From the NCBI GenBank assembly GCA_047495785.1, contig JBLDXI010000021.1, positions 1,736,001-1,800,000 on the forward strand: DNA of 64,000 bases, written 5' to 3'. The position numbers and the translations under genes are program-made. This document shows positions 39,117 to 49,631 of the stretch, one piece after another (position 1 is the first letter of the stretch; each line of letters begins with the position of its first letter). The notes beneath the pieces are model-generated. The model was not told the origin of the DNA. It was given only the letters and a program-made list of their open reading frames with translations, and searched no databases. The DNA is from Lepidodermella squamata. Its lineage: Eukaryota > Animalia > Gastrotricha.

Positions 39117-39390
39117 GGCGCATCTCAGGTATCATCAAGTGGTGTGTACCGCGAATAGCGTGTCTACCTGGAATCTTCTCGGCTGACGTAACTGAAGTTG
39201 GCGGGACAAGCGAAAGCGGGCCATTTTCTCGACTGTTTGCCCAGCGGGCTGTGGACTGTGGGTGTCCAACCGCTTACAATTCTAGTCGTAAGTCGTAAGC
39301 TGCCGACCACGAAGCTCGGTGCTCGTTGGAATGAATCCGTCAGCCGGGGAATTAAGAATGCTGAGTTTCGACGCTCAACCTGACGCCACA
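39117..39390 (+). ncRNA. Candidate structured RNA of unknown class
   Basis: End-to-end pairing (GGCG..TCAGGT / ACCTGACGCC), a 13-bp long-range helix 39176-39188 / 39338-39350 whose G-U pairs work only on the + strand, and nested hairpins. Starts ~26 nt after a TATA-like box. Confidence 0.35.
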
Positions 39391-39887
39391 TTCTCTTCCC
39401 TCTTCCCACGCAATTCTGATATCGGAATATAGAGTTTGATGCTTTTATTATCGTTTCAGGGCTCTGTTAACCACATACACGACTTTGGCGCCTTAGTTTA
39501 AGTGATAAGCGATATTACGTTATTCATGGCTTCAGTGCTCGAAAAACTCATTTTTGTCTCTTAACCGGCCTGACGATTTCTAGAACTATCTCTCGTCTCT
39601 TGTTTTTTGGAGCTCTGTGGGGCTCGCTCCTCTATTGATTGACCATCTCGATCGATGATGATCAGTATAAGTATGTGAAATATGAACAATGAACAATGAA
39701 AAATCTAGCAGTTACTTCAATGGCAGCGAATGCCGCAAATTCATTTAGGAGTTGAACACTTATAAAAGCAATTCCCATTTAAGCTTACAATTATCGATTT
39801 TAAGCTTACTTATCCACTACAAAGCCATATGGGATTTTAAATTGTTACGAATTACTTATATTTATTGTAGGTTTATATTCATAGGGA

Positions 39888-41998
39888 ATGGACGAAGTTA
39901 ACGCTGATAGTTTTTCCATGGGATCGTCCTTGGAGCTACTCGCTGCCGTGGCGTCTCGCAGGGGAGACGATTTGAGTGGCGACGCTTTCCTCCGTTTAAT
40001 CACCCCAACTGTGATCAGCACTACTATACCCAACAATGATGAAATCGCTCCTTCTGAATCACCTAAGCGTAACCTTACTCTGAGCGTTCGACTTGTGAAA
40101 TCTGGCGGGCACACGGGAATTCTTGGCACAAACAAAGATGACTTGACTTCCCTGTCGAAACGTCTTGATTTCCGTCTGACATTGGCTCGCAGGATATTAA
40201 ACAGAAATCCATTCAAGAACGCTGTGAATCTTGCATCAGTTTCAATTTTGATTAAGCGTATTCAAGCAGACATGACAAAGCTAGTTTCACTGTCAAGAAA
40301 ACGAGAGACAGCCCCGCCAACCGCTTGTGAAAAAGAATCGCAAACTGATCACTGGTTCAAAGTTGCATCGGATATTACTCAACTCAATCAATATACACAA
40401 ACATTGGATTCTTCTTCATTGCTGTCATCAATTGACATTGATACAATCGATCCTACCATCTCATCAGCTGATTTTGCCGAGCAGGTTGAATCACATGCCA
40501 CGTCTGTTGCTGCTGAATCTGCAAAGTTTTCTGATCCACTTAAGTTAGAAATTGAAGACAGTGATAGAATTTTGGACTCGTTGTTGAATTCGCTTACGGC
40601 TCAGAAAATAGATCAATTGCCCCAAACATCTCGACTCAACGATCAAACGAATCAATGCGCTATAGAATCTTGCAATCCAAATAGTCGTCAGTTGAACCCG
40701 ACTTTTGTCAATATGTTTTGGAACACTTTTCCAGCATTCATCTCTGACTGTGGTCACGTATTTGTCAGACTAGCTGATTTGTCAGCGACTGCCTTACCTG
40801 CCAAGAGCAGTTCCATTTTGAGACAGCGATGCTCCAAGTTGGAAATTCCTATTTTCTCCTGTTCTGACTTGCAGCGGAGCTTTTTAGTAAAGGTAAGTAT
40901 AGATATTGTTGGTTTTGTTTAATTTCAAGAGTCATGTTTTACAATAGTATTGTGGGGCTTCAGCCTGTCGCTCTGCGCTAATAATTAATTGCCAGAATGC
41001 AAAAAACTTACTTGCGTCTTATTGCAAAGACAAATTGAAAGAGTTCGGACTTACTGTCAACGAAATGCAAGTGGCAGTATTCAGCGATGAGGATTCTAAG
41101 AAATTGATTGCATCTCGGCTGAATCTATGCTCTTCGAAATACCTTGAAAGTAAAACCGATGTGATATCGACGAATATGGAAGAAAGCAGTGTCAGACATC
41201 TTCGTCAAAGGAAAGTGGCGGAACCACCCCGTCAAATTACCGATCAAGTAATTTGAAAAACAACGTATGATGATGACCACGTAGTATTTTACTGTAGACT
41301 CGAAAAATACAAGCTGCACCGCTTCCTGCTGATATGCCATCCATTGATACTACGATCGTAAATGTCGTCTCTAGTAATTTGCCGGAAACCAAAAGCATGG
41401 AAGCTTCAATTTCCCAAGATTCTTCTGTTAACCCTCCGACCGGCTCTCGTCATAGACTATGGACTCATGCGCAGATTTACAACCACTGCGTTACTCAAAA
41501 TCCTGCTTCATCGTTGAAACCGATGATGAAAAAAAGAAAGCGAAAGGCAAAGGACTGTTTTGATATCAGCAAACCAAGGAGAAAATACACCAAACAGACA
41601 CCGCAGCCAGTTACCACCGAATCGAAAACTACGAAACGAAAGGTTCGCAAATGTGTACCCGATAAAGTTGGGGCAGTATTAATTTCTGGCTCTAAACCTA
41701 TGAAAGTAAAAGCTGTTGGAGGCGCTACATCGATGCCATGTAAATTTGGCACCTTGACTCCACATCTCTTTGTGCTACCCAGTGCAAGCTGCATTCGGTG
41801 TGAGAATTGCCGGTTATTCTTTTCGCCGCTTGCTTTCACCCGGCACTGTGGGGGCAATAGACTACACCCTGAAAAATTGAGTGGTAAGTCGGCTCGTGCA
41901 TTTAAACATGGCTTTTTGTATCTATTGAACTGTATTTAGAGTCGCAGCGGGGTGAATGGTCACATTTTTGCGAGAAACTTCGTCAATTGCGTGGTTAG
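39888..41998 (+). CDS. Divergent SKI/SnoN/SKOR-family co-repressor (DHD + SAND-like), 4 exons
   Basis: DHD-like segment VFVRLADL...LRQRCSKLEIPIFSCSDLQRSFL...LII...AKNL, and SMAD4-binding SAND-like GTLTPHLFVLPSASCIRCENCRLFFSPLAFTRHC. Confidence 0.7.
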
Positions 41999-42279
41999 CA
42001 AGCCTCATAATCCATTCTGCTGTATCCGGTTGAAAGCAATTAAATTCGAATAATATTTATCTCCGGGACTTTTCCCTTTGGTCACCCGTTCTGAGTTTAT
42101 CCTTTTACAGTTCATTGTGCCTAGGCAATTTTTGTGCTTTGCACTGAATTGAATCGTGGACTTTATCAAGCTCTAGTCTCCGATTTTATTACGGAAATTT
42201 TACTTTTGATACTTTGGCTTATCAAGAAACACAGGCTGTTCAAATTTGTCTTCTTCGATTTTAGTGTTGTTAATGAGAG

Positions 42280-42981
42280 ATGGCGAAACAGTACAGCACT
42301 GAAGCTGTGCTTGGTTATTCATGGGAGCAAGCTGTATCAGGTTTTTGGCTGCGTTATCCTAATCCCTTCAGTCGTCACGTGCTAACTGAGGATGTGATTG
42401 ATCGGTATATCGATTCCGCTGGCCGCCTGCACACTCGACGTCTTTTCAAGAAAACGAATAGCATGCCGAACTGGGTTGGCGCAGTTGTTCCGAAATCGTC
42501 GCCGAAAGACATTTGGATTGTCGAAGATTCGGTTGTTGACTACACAAATAAAACCCACATAATTCGCACAGTAAATGCTGGCTTTTCTTATGTTATGGTA
42601 AATATTCAGTCTTTTGTTTGCTTTTCGCACTTTAAATTTTATCTTCAGAAACTAACGGAGACCGCCGTCATTTCGCAAGCAACACCTCAAAACGCTTTAT
42701 GGAAGCGTAGTGCCCATGCCGTGTCGCAACTATACGGCGTTGCTACAGCTCTTCAGATGTTTGCCATTGAGCGCTATAAACGCAATGCCGTAAATGCTTA
42801 CAAGGGCTACAATATGGTGCTTAATCAGCTCTATGGAAATGCTGCTGCCGTCTCAGAAACATCCGAACTAGCTAAAAAGTTGGAAAAGCTAAGACAATCC
42901 GCTCGGAAAGCCGGCGAAATAGCCAGCGAAGAACTTGTTCATTCCGGTCTCGGTGCCGCTGGGGTGCAGTTCAGGAAATGA
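42280..42981 (+). CDS. PRELID1: PRELI domain protein (PRELID1/Ups1-like); in-frame intron ~42598-42648
   Basis: YSWEQAVSGFWLRYPNPFSRHVLTEDV...LHTRRLFKKT...IVEDSVVD. Confidence 0.88.
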   Translation: MAKQYSTEAVLGYSWEQAVSGFWLRYPNPFSRHVLTEDVIDRYIDSAGRLHTRRLFKKTNSMPNWVGAVVPKSSPKDIWIVEDSVVDYTNKTHIIRTVNAGFSYVMVNIQSFVCFSHFKFYLQKLTETAVISQATPQNALWKRSAHAVSQLYGVATALQMFAIERYKRNAVNAYKGYNMVLNQLYGNAAAVSETSELAKKLEKLRQSARKAGEIASEELVHSGLGAAGVQFRK

Positions 42982-43292
42982 TCGAACGACACATCCATGC
43001 GCGCCACAATCGTCGTTGTGTCCATTAAAAATAAATACTAAATGTGCCTCGGCATTAACAAGCTCAATCCTCGTGAAAATATACAAAAATGTACTTTTAT
43101 TAGTCCTCGCTACATAAAGGTATAAAAATACACTTCTATTCTGCAAATACTACGCTATTTCAAAGATCACACACGTATACACGTTTGGAGAGTGTTCCTG
43201 CGCCGCTAGATTTCTTCTAAACTACAGAAATTGATTCCGATGACATTAAAATATTTTGATACAATTGTTTTTTTGTTAATTTTAGAATTTAA

Positions 43293-45635
43293 ATGACAAA
43301 CGGAAATAAGCGGCCGGCCACTCGCAACCGCAAGCCGGAAGGCAAAGATGGCAAGGATCGCGATAGCAGCCCTATCAGGACCAAAAAGCGCCGTTTTACC
43401 GGTACTTTTGACCTCGATCATTTGCAAATGCTCATTCGGAGAAAACCGCAGTTGTACCACGATGACTTCATTCGTCAGCTCGAGGCTTTCCGCGCGAATA
43501 CTGAGCTATTCAAGTTGAGCCCGAACGTTTATTTGCGCCATTTTGACCAATTGACTAGTTTCGTCATGAGACTGGCACACTTGTTTCCGGAAGACGCTAA
43601 ATCGTTACCGGGCGAGTTGTTTGCCCTCCTACGGGAATATGCCAAGGTCATGGACCCAAAGATGCGTAACACATTTGTTCAAGGCCTCATGCATTTACGT
43701 GGCAAAAATGTGATAACTCAGCTTGAACTTTACCCCAGTTTTATCAAACTTGCCTCAACGGCAGACAAATCTTTGCGAAAACTTGTGGAATCTTTCATCA
43801 TTAATGATGTCGTGAAAACTGCTCGGAAACGGAAGGATTTGAAAATCACGAGTCAATTGCAGGGTTTGTTCGGTAGCGGCATTCAAGACGATAATCCGCA
43901 TATTTCGAAGCTTGCGATTAACGTTTTGACCAAGCTGTATACGAAAAATACATGGAACGATGCAAAAACTGTTAACTTGATTGCTGAGGGCTGTTTCGCG
44001 AAAAACAGTCGTACATCTGCATGCGCTGTTCGTTTCTTCCTGGGCCGAGACGAAATGGAGGGCGATGAAGACGATTCGGATGATGAGGCGGATAAGGGTA
44101 AGAAGAACAAAAAGAGCGAAAAGCAGTTGCTGTTGGCTCATCGTGTCGGCAAAAAGACGCAGAAACGTCAGAAGAAACTCGAAAGAGCACGGCGCGTTTT
44201 GAAAAAAGCAAAAAATAAGAACAAACGCGACCTGCTCAACTACTCCGCGATAAATCTCTTGTACAACCCGCAAGCGTTTGCTGATAAACTATACCAATTG
44301 CTCGTGAAATCAAACCAGAAATACGAGACCAGGTACGCAGCAGGCTTTTATGTAAAAATCGAATTTCACTTTTTTACTTTCAGATTAAACATCATGTCGC
44401 TGATTTCGCGTTTGATAGGAACTCAGCACTTGATTCTGCTGAATTTTTACGCTTTCATGCAAAAATATCTGCAGCCTCGCCAACGAGATGTTACAAAAGT
44501 GCTGTTGTACGTCGCTCAGGCTTCACACCCCTACGTTCCACCTGATAGCTTGGAAACAGTTCTCAGAACAATCGCTGACAATTTCATTACTGACGCACAC
44601 GCAGCCGAAGTTGTTGCCGTTGGCTTGAACGCGATTCGTGAAGTCTTGATTCGATGCCCTCTTGCGCTCAACGAAGATTTGGCCGGAGATTTGATAGATT
44701 ATCGCAAGCACCGTGATAAGATTGTGCAATTGGCCGCTCGAGGCTTGGTCCAGGCGATTCGCGACCACAACCCAGGAATTTTGCGGCGCAAGGACCGTGG
44801 CCGTCCTACTGAAGAAGGGGCTGAAAATGAAATTGATGGCGCGCCTGTTTTCGGTGCTACAAGTGTTGCAAAGGACTACATTCCCGGGGCGGAAATTCTG
44901 TTCTCGGACGATGAAAACGAATCTTCAGACGGTGAAGGAAGCGAGGAAGAAAATGAAGAAGGAAATGAGGATGACGAAGGTTGGGTCGATGTCTCATCCG
45001 GCGATGAAGACCAGGAAGTAGAAACTGACGACGATGAAGAAGGAGATGAAGGTTCTGATGATGATGAGTCTGAGGCGTCGAGTAGCCAAGAAAATGATGT
45101 CGAAGAGAATGACTCTAAAACGGAGAAGAATGTGCAAGAAGTTCTGGAAATGCCCGTGGAGGAGCGCATTGAGAAAGCTCGCATGATTTCGCAAACGAAG
45201 ATTCTCGATCAGAAAGATTTTGATAAAATAAAGAAGATGCAGATGGCGAAATCGATGACGAACGCCCGAAAGCGTAAATCGAAATCCAAAGAGCCGGACA
45301 CTGATGAAGAGGAAGACAGCGAGGAGGAAAACGAAATGAATGGTCTGCCTAAACTGAATGACATTGAGAGAGGCTGTGGTATGAAACGGGATCACGACAA
45401 AAACGCTCGAATGGCGTCGGTTATGAAGGGACGAGAGGGACGAGAGAAGTTTGGCGGAGCTGGCAAGCAACGTCAAAATCCTATGGCTTCAACTACCAAC
45501 CGGGAGAAGCAGCGAAACAAGGCGTTCTTGATGGTGCGGCAAAAGGTTATGCGTGAGAAGAATAAAAAGTCGTTCCAAGCCAAGCAGATTCGTCTGCACA
45601 ACGCCCTCGTGAAGTTGGCAAAACGGGGCAAATAA
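43293..45635 (+). CDS. SDAD1: SDA1 homologue (60S biogenesis); in-frame intron ~44333-44383
   Basis: WNDAKTVN, LISRLIGTQHL, LQPRQRDVTK, VGLNAIRE, LRRKDRGRP, acidic tract, STTNREKQRNKAF. Confidence 0.95.
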   Translation: MTNGNKRPATRNRKPEGKDGKDRDSSPIRTKKRRFTGTFDLDHLQMLIRRKPQLYHDDFIRQLEAFRANTELFKLSPNVYLRHFDQLTSFVMRLAHLFPEDAKSLPGELFALLREYAKVMDPKMRNTFVQGLMHLRGKNVITQLELYPSFIKLASTADKSLRKLVESFIINDVVKTARKRKDLKITSQLQGLFGSGIQDDNPHISKLAINVLTKLYTKNTWNDAKTVNLIAEGCFAKNSRTSACAVRFFLGRDEMEGDEDDSDDEADKGKKNKKSEKQLLLAHRVGKKTQKRQKKLERARRVLKKAKNKNKRDLLNYSAINLLYNPQAFADKLYQLLVKSNQKYETRYAAGFYVKIEFHFFTFRLNIMSLISRLIGTQHLILLNFYAFMQKYLQPRQRDVTKVLLYVAQASHPYVPPDSLETVLRTIADNFITDAHAAEVVAVGLNAIREVLIRCPLALNEDLAGDLIDYRKHRDKIVQLAARGLVQAIRDHNPGILRRKDRGRPTEEGAENEIDGAPVFGATSVAKDYIPGAEILFSDDENESSDGEGSEEENEEGNEDDEGWVDVSSGDEDQEVETDDDEEGDEGSDDDESEASSSQENDVEENDSKTEKNVQEVLEMPVEERIEKARMISQTKILDQKDFDKIKKMQMAKSMTNARKRKSKSKEPDTDEEEDSEEENEMNGLPKLNDIERGCGMKRDHDKNARMASVMKGREGREKFGGAGKQRQNPMASTTNREKQRNKAFLMVRQKVMREKNKKSFQAKQIRLHNALVKLAKRGK

Positions 45636-45737
45636 TTTGTTGGGGTGCTAGTAAAAGAAATTTAAAATTATTAATCCATGTGAAATCAATATTTACTATT
45701 TCTGTTTTTTTGTATAGACTTGATGTAAATATTGAAA

Positions 45738-47121
45738 ATGTTGAGCCGTCTGATTGCGCCACACAATTACGTCCGGTTTGCCCCGGCTGTTCGTTTCGCT
45801 TCAACCGCTCAGGAGACGAAGAAAAAGCTGCAAAAGGCAGTTCACAAGCCCGAAAGCGCGAAAACACAGGCTATCATCGATCGTGAAAGCATATATGGTG
45901 CTCACAATTATCACCCGATACCTGTTGCGATTTCGAAGGCGAAGGGCGTTTTTGTGTGGGATGTTGACGGTCGGCGGTACTACGACTTCCTAGCTGCTTA
46001 TGGAGCCGTTAACCAGGGCCATTGCCATCCGAAAATCATCCAGGCAATGAAAGAGCAAGTCGAGAAACTTCCACTGATTTCTCGCGCTTTTTACTCCGAC
46101 GTTCTCGGCGAGTACGAAGAGTACATCACAAAGCTGTTCGGCTACGACAAAGTGCTACCAATGAATACCGGTGTCGAGGGCGGGGAGACCGCTCTTAAGT
46201 TGGCCCGCAAATGGGCGTACAACGTTAAGAAAATCCGGAAATACCAGGCGAAAATTGTGTTCGCCGAGAATAATTTCTGGGGACGAACTCTTAGCGCTTG
46301 TTCATCTTCGACGGACCCTGACGTGTACGCTGGTTTCGGACCATACATGCCTAATTTTCTGACGGTGCCGTACAACAACTTGGAAGCTCTGGAGAAGCTC
46401 TTCGCCAGCGACCCGGATATTTGCGCTTTTATGGTCGAGCCCATCCAAGGCGAGGCTGGAGTTGTCGTGCCCGATGACGGCTACTTGAAAGGTGTTCGCG
46501 AACTGTGCACGAAGTACAACGTTCTTTGGATAGTAGATGAAGTCCAATCTGGGCTAGGACGAAGTGGGAAGCGCTTGTGCGTAGACCATGAAAAAGTGCG
46601 GCCTGATATCGTGATTTTGGGCAAGGCTCTCTCCGGCGGTCTGTATCCCGTGGCAGCTGTTTTGACCGATGACTCGATCATGCTGCAAATCAAACCCGGT
46701 GAGCACGGATCGACTTACGGAGGAAATCCGATGGGCTGTAAGGTTGCCATGGCCGCCTTGCGAGTTCTCGAGGAAGAAAAACTGTCAGAGAACGCGCTGA
46801 AAATGGGCAACATTTTGCGGTCTGAGTTGCGCAAAAATCTGCCAGAAGACACTGTCCCTGTCATCCGCGGCAAAGGATTGTTTAATGCAATCGTTGTTTC
46901 AAAGGGTTAGTTATTTGGGCGGTTCCCGAATTGATCAAAAATTCTCTTGTTAAAACTTAGATTACGATGCTTGGGAGATCTGTCTTCGACTACGTGACAA
47001 TGGCTTACTTGCCAAGCCAACTCACGGTGACCGCATCCGGTTCACGCCACCCCTGTGCATCAACGAGGAGCAAATTCACGAATGCGTTGATATAATTGCG
47101 TCGACATTCAAATCGATGTAA
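45738..47121 (+). CDS. OAT: Mitochondrial ornithine aminotransferase
   Basis: [46 protein letters not shown]-lysine [18 protein letters not shown]. Last exon 46961-47121. Confidence 0.97.
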
Positions 47122-47588
47122 TGTGCAATGCACGGTGCTAGGCTGACTGAGGCGCAGCGACGAATTGACATTATAATGCCATAGAAAATGTGATGTGCAT
47201 ATTTGTTTCAAGAATCGCAACTATTTCATTTGTTGTCAAGTATTTATTTTTTGACCATTTTTACGGTCTATTTCAAGCTCGTATAAGATGACATCCCTGA
47301 ATTATTATTATTTTCTACGCCAAATATAAAAGCTATTTATGTTATTAAACCTTACCGGTCTGATATAAATGCAGTATTTTCTGCGATACCTTCACAAACC
47401 TCAGTTTGATACTGGTGAACTGTATATCGAATTTTCGGTTAAATATTTTTCGACAACGACTTTTGTGTAAGTGATAGACATATTTGCTAAGGAGCCTAAG
47501 AACTGTTTTGTTAACCAATCTGATAATGGCATTATTTATAAAATATATTATATACGTGTAATTTTCTTTCTAGATCATTAATTCAAAG

Positions 47589-48381
47589 ATGCGGTTGCTG
47601 TTTTCAGCTTTCTTGCTGGCGATTGCGATCAACATCTCATCAGCGTCGATTGAATACTTGGAATTTCCATGTTCGAGAAAAATTGGCCGTTTATTGCTAA
47701 CTAATTTCAAACCGCAGCCGTTATGTGGCTACATTCAGAAATTGAAAATGGTGCTATTCGCTCCGCCAATTGCTTTCGAGGAAGCTGAGCCCAAAGCAAA
47801 ATACACGTTGGTCATGGTAGATCCAGATGCGCCTTTTCCTTCCTGCCCGACCAAGGCGTATTGGAAACACTGGCTTGTTGTCGACATTCCTGGCGATAAG
47901 CTTTTAGAAGGGTATGTCCTGAACACCTTCTCGGAAAGGTGTTTTCATTAATTTCTTGTTTATTGTTAGCATTGACCCGGGTAAATCGAGATACAGGAAC
48001 CTTCATTGGAAAACGTTGGTTACTTACGCACCGCCTTCGCCACCTGGTGGAATCCACCGCTATCAGTTATTTTTATTCAAGCAATCGGCCACCCCGGTTA
48101 AGGACGACCATCCCTTTGTTAGATCTAGCTTCAACTTGAAAGAATTTGTTCTCTCCAATGATTTGGAGCTGGTCGCTGGTTATGAGTTCGGGATTGAAAG
48201 TTATCATCCCGAAAAGTGTGCGATGGACAAAGATTCGGACGAAAAACCCGAAGAAGTAAAAGAAGAAATGAACGAAGAAACGTCCACGATTGCACCGGAG
48301 ACCACTACAACGGCTGCTACAACAGTGGCGCCGACAACGACATCAACCAGTGAACCTATTTATCATTCCGAAGAGCTTTAG
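47589..48381 (+). CDS. Secretory-pathway PEBP (PEBP4-like), copy A
   Basis: Signal peptide, YTLVMVDPDAP, WKHWLVVDIPG, YAPPSPPGGIHRYQLFLF, Thr-rich tail, C-terminal SEEL. Confidence 0.88.
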
Positions 48382-48629
48382 ACTGGCTTTCAAACTTTTA
48401 TTTTATGCTCAAGTGCAATTTTAATGCTCATTGCAGATCTGCGATCTTGCTCATTTGTTATTTTACACGGTTATTTTTTGGCTTTGGTTGAACCAAAAAT
48501 CACTTGGATTGGTATTTAATAAAGGGAACACAGCTTTTTTATGTTAACTGCTTCGTTCCGCTGCCATCTTTTATTTGGTTTTCGCATACCCTGCATTTGA
48601 TTTTTTTTCATGGGGTAGGTGTCTGCGAT

Positions 48630-49459
48630 ATGATTCTATTTTCCGTTGAAATTTTCATCCCGATACTGGTGTTAATTCGCATATCTCATCAGACGCTTTT
48701 CAGCACAAATCCCTGTGATAAAAAAATTGGTCGCATACAACTCAAAAAGATAGCTACGAATGTCACATGTGGATCGGTGATTGCTAAGAAACTGACTAAA
48801 GCTCCACCTACCGTTATCTACTCGAAAGCTCGCAAAGACACCTTGCATGCTCTTGTGATGGTCGACCCGGACGCCCCATCGCCAGGATGCCCTACCTACG
48901 CTTACTGGTGCCACTGGGCTGTGACCGATATCCCGGGGCGTGTTCTGCGGACCGGGTAAGCATGTTTACTACTTGATTTTCTACTTAACTGAGATCTTTC
49001 CCTAGGTACGAAGGGTCGACTAACGATTCCGAGCCAGGTCTTGTGAATGTGCCTTATGCGCAACCCACGCCTCCAATGGGTGTACATCGATACCAGTTTT
49101 ACTTGTTTGAACACTCGAACCTTACTGTTGAATCGTCTGCTGGTGAAGATACGATGGAATATGAGAAAGATAATCGGGCTAATTTCGATCTGGCGGGCTT
49201 CGTCGAGGACAACAAGCTTCACCTTGTTGCCGGTTTCGAGTACAAAGTAGATAGCCGTAATGTTGAGTCTTGCTTAAATTCAACTTCGGACGATAACAGT
49301 GACGAAGAGGGAAGCTGGAGTGGCACTGTGGAGCCGAAATCTCAAGAAGAGAATGCCAAGAATGGCACATTGCGGAATCAGTCGAGCTCAGCCCCTAATC
49401 TATTTTTAAACCCGTATTTTCTTTTTACTGCTTTGTTGGACAAAACTTTCAATTTTTAA
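48630..49459 (+). CDS. Secretory-pathway PEBP (PEBP4-like), copy B
   Basis: Signal peptide, LVMVDPDAP, WCHWAVTDIPG, YAQPTPPMGVHRYQFYLF. Intron at the same position as in copy A. Confidence 0.88.
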
Positions 49460-49631
49460 GAATTTGCTCAAAACTAGTCTCAAATCCTCAGAATTTGCCA
49501 AATTTATTTACTTCCATCGAATATTCATAGAAGCTTAATTATTTTTGCTAAACTCGCGGTTTCCTCATTTTTCACGAAAAACTTCCAAACTGATAAATAT
49601 TCTCGATTTTATGTAGATTTTTATAAAAAAA

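Noticed and set aside
39170-39360. HDV-like or hammerhead ribozyme, RNase P/MRP, SRP or 7SK assignment for the structured element
   Set aside because: The required conserved cores (CUGAnGA/GAAA, L3/P1.1, CR-I/CR-V, SRP helix 8, GAUC) were not found by eye, so it is left unassigned.
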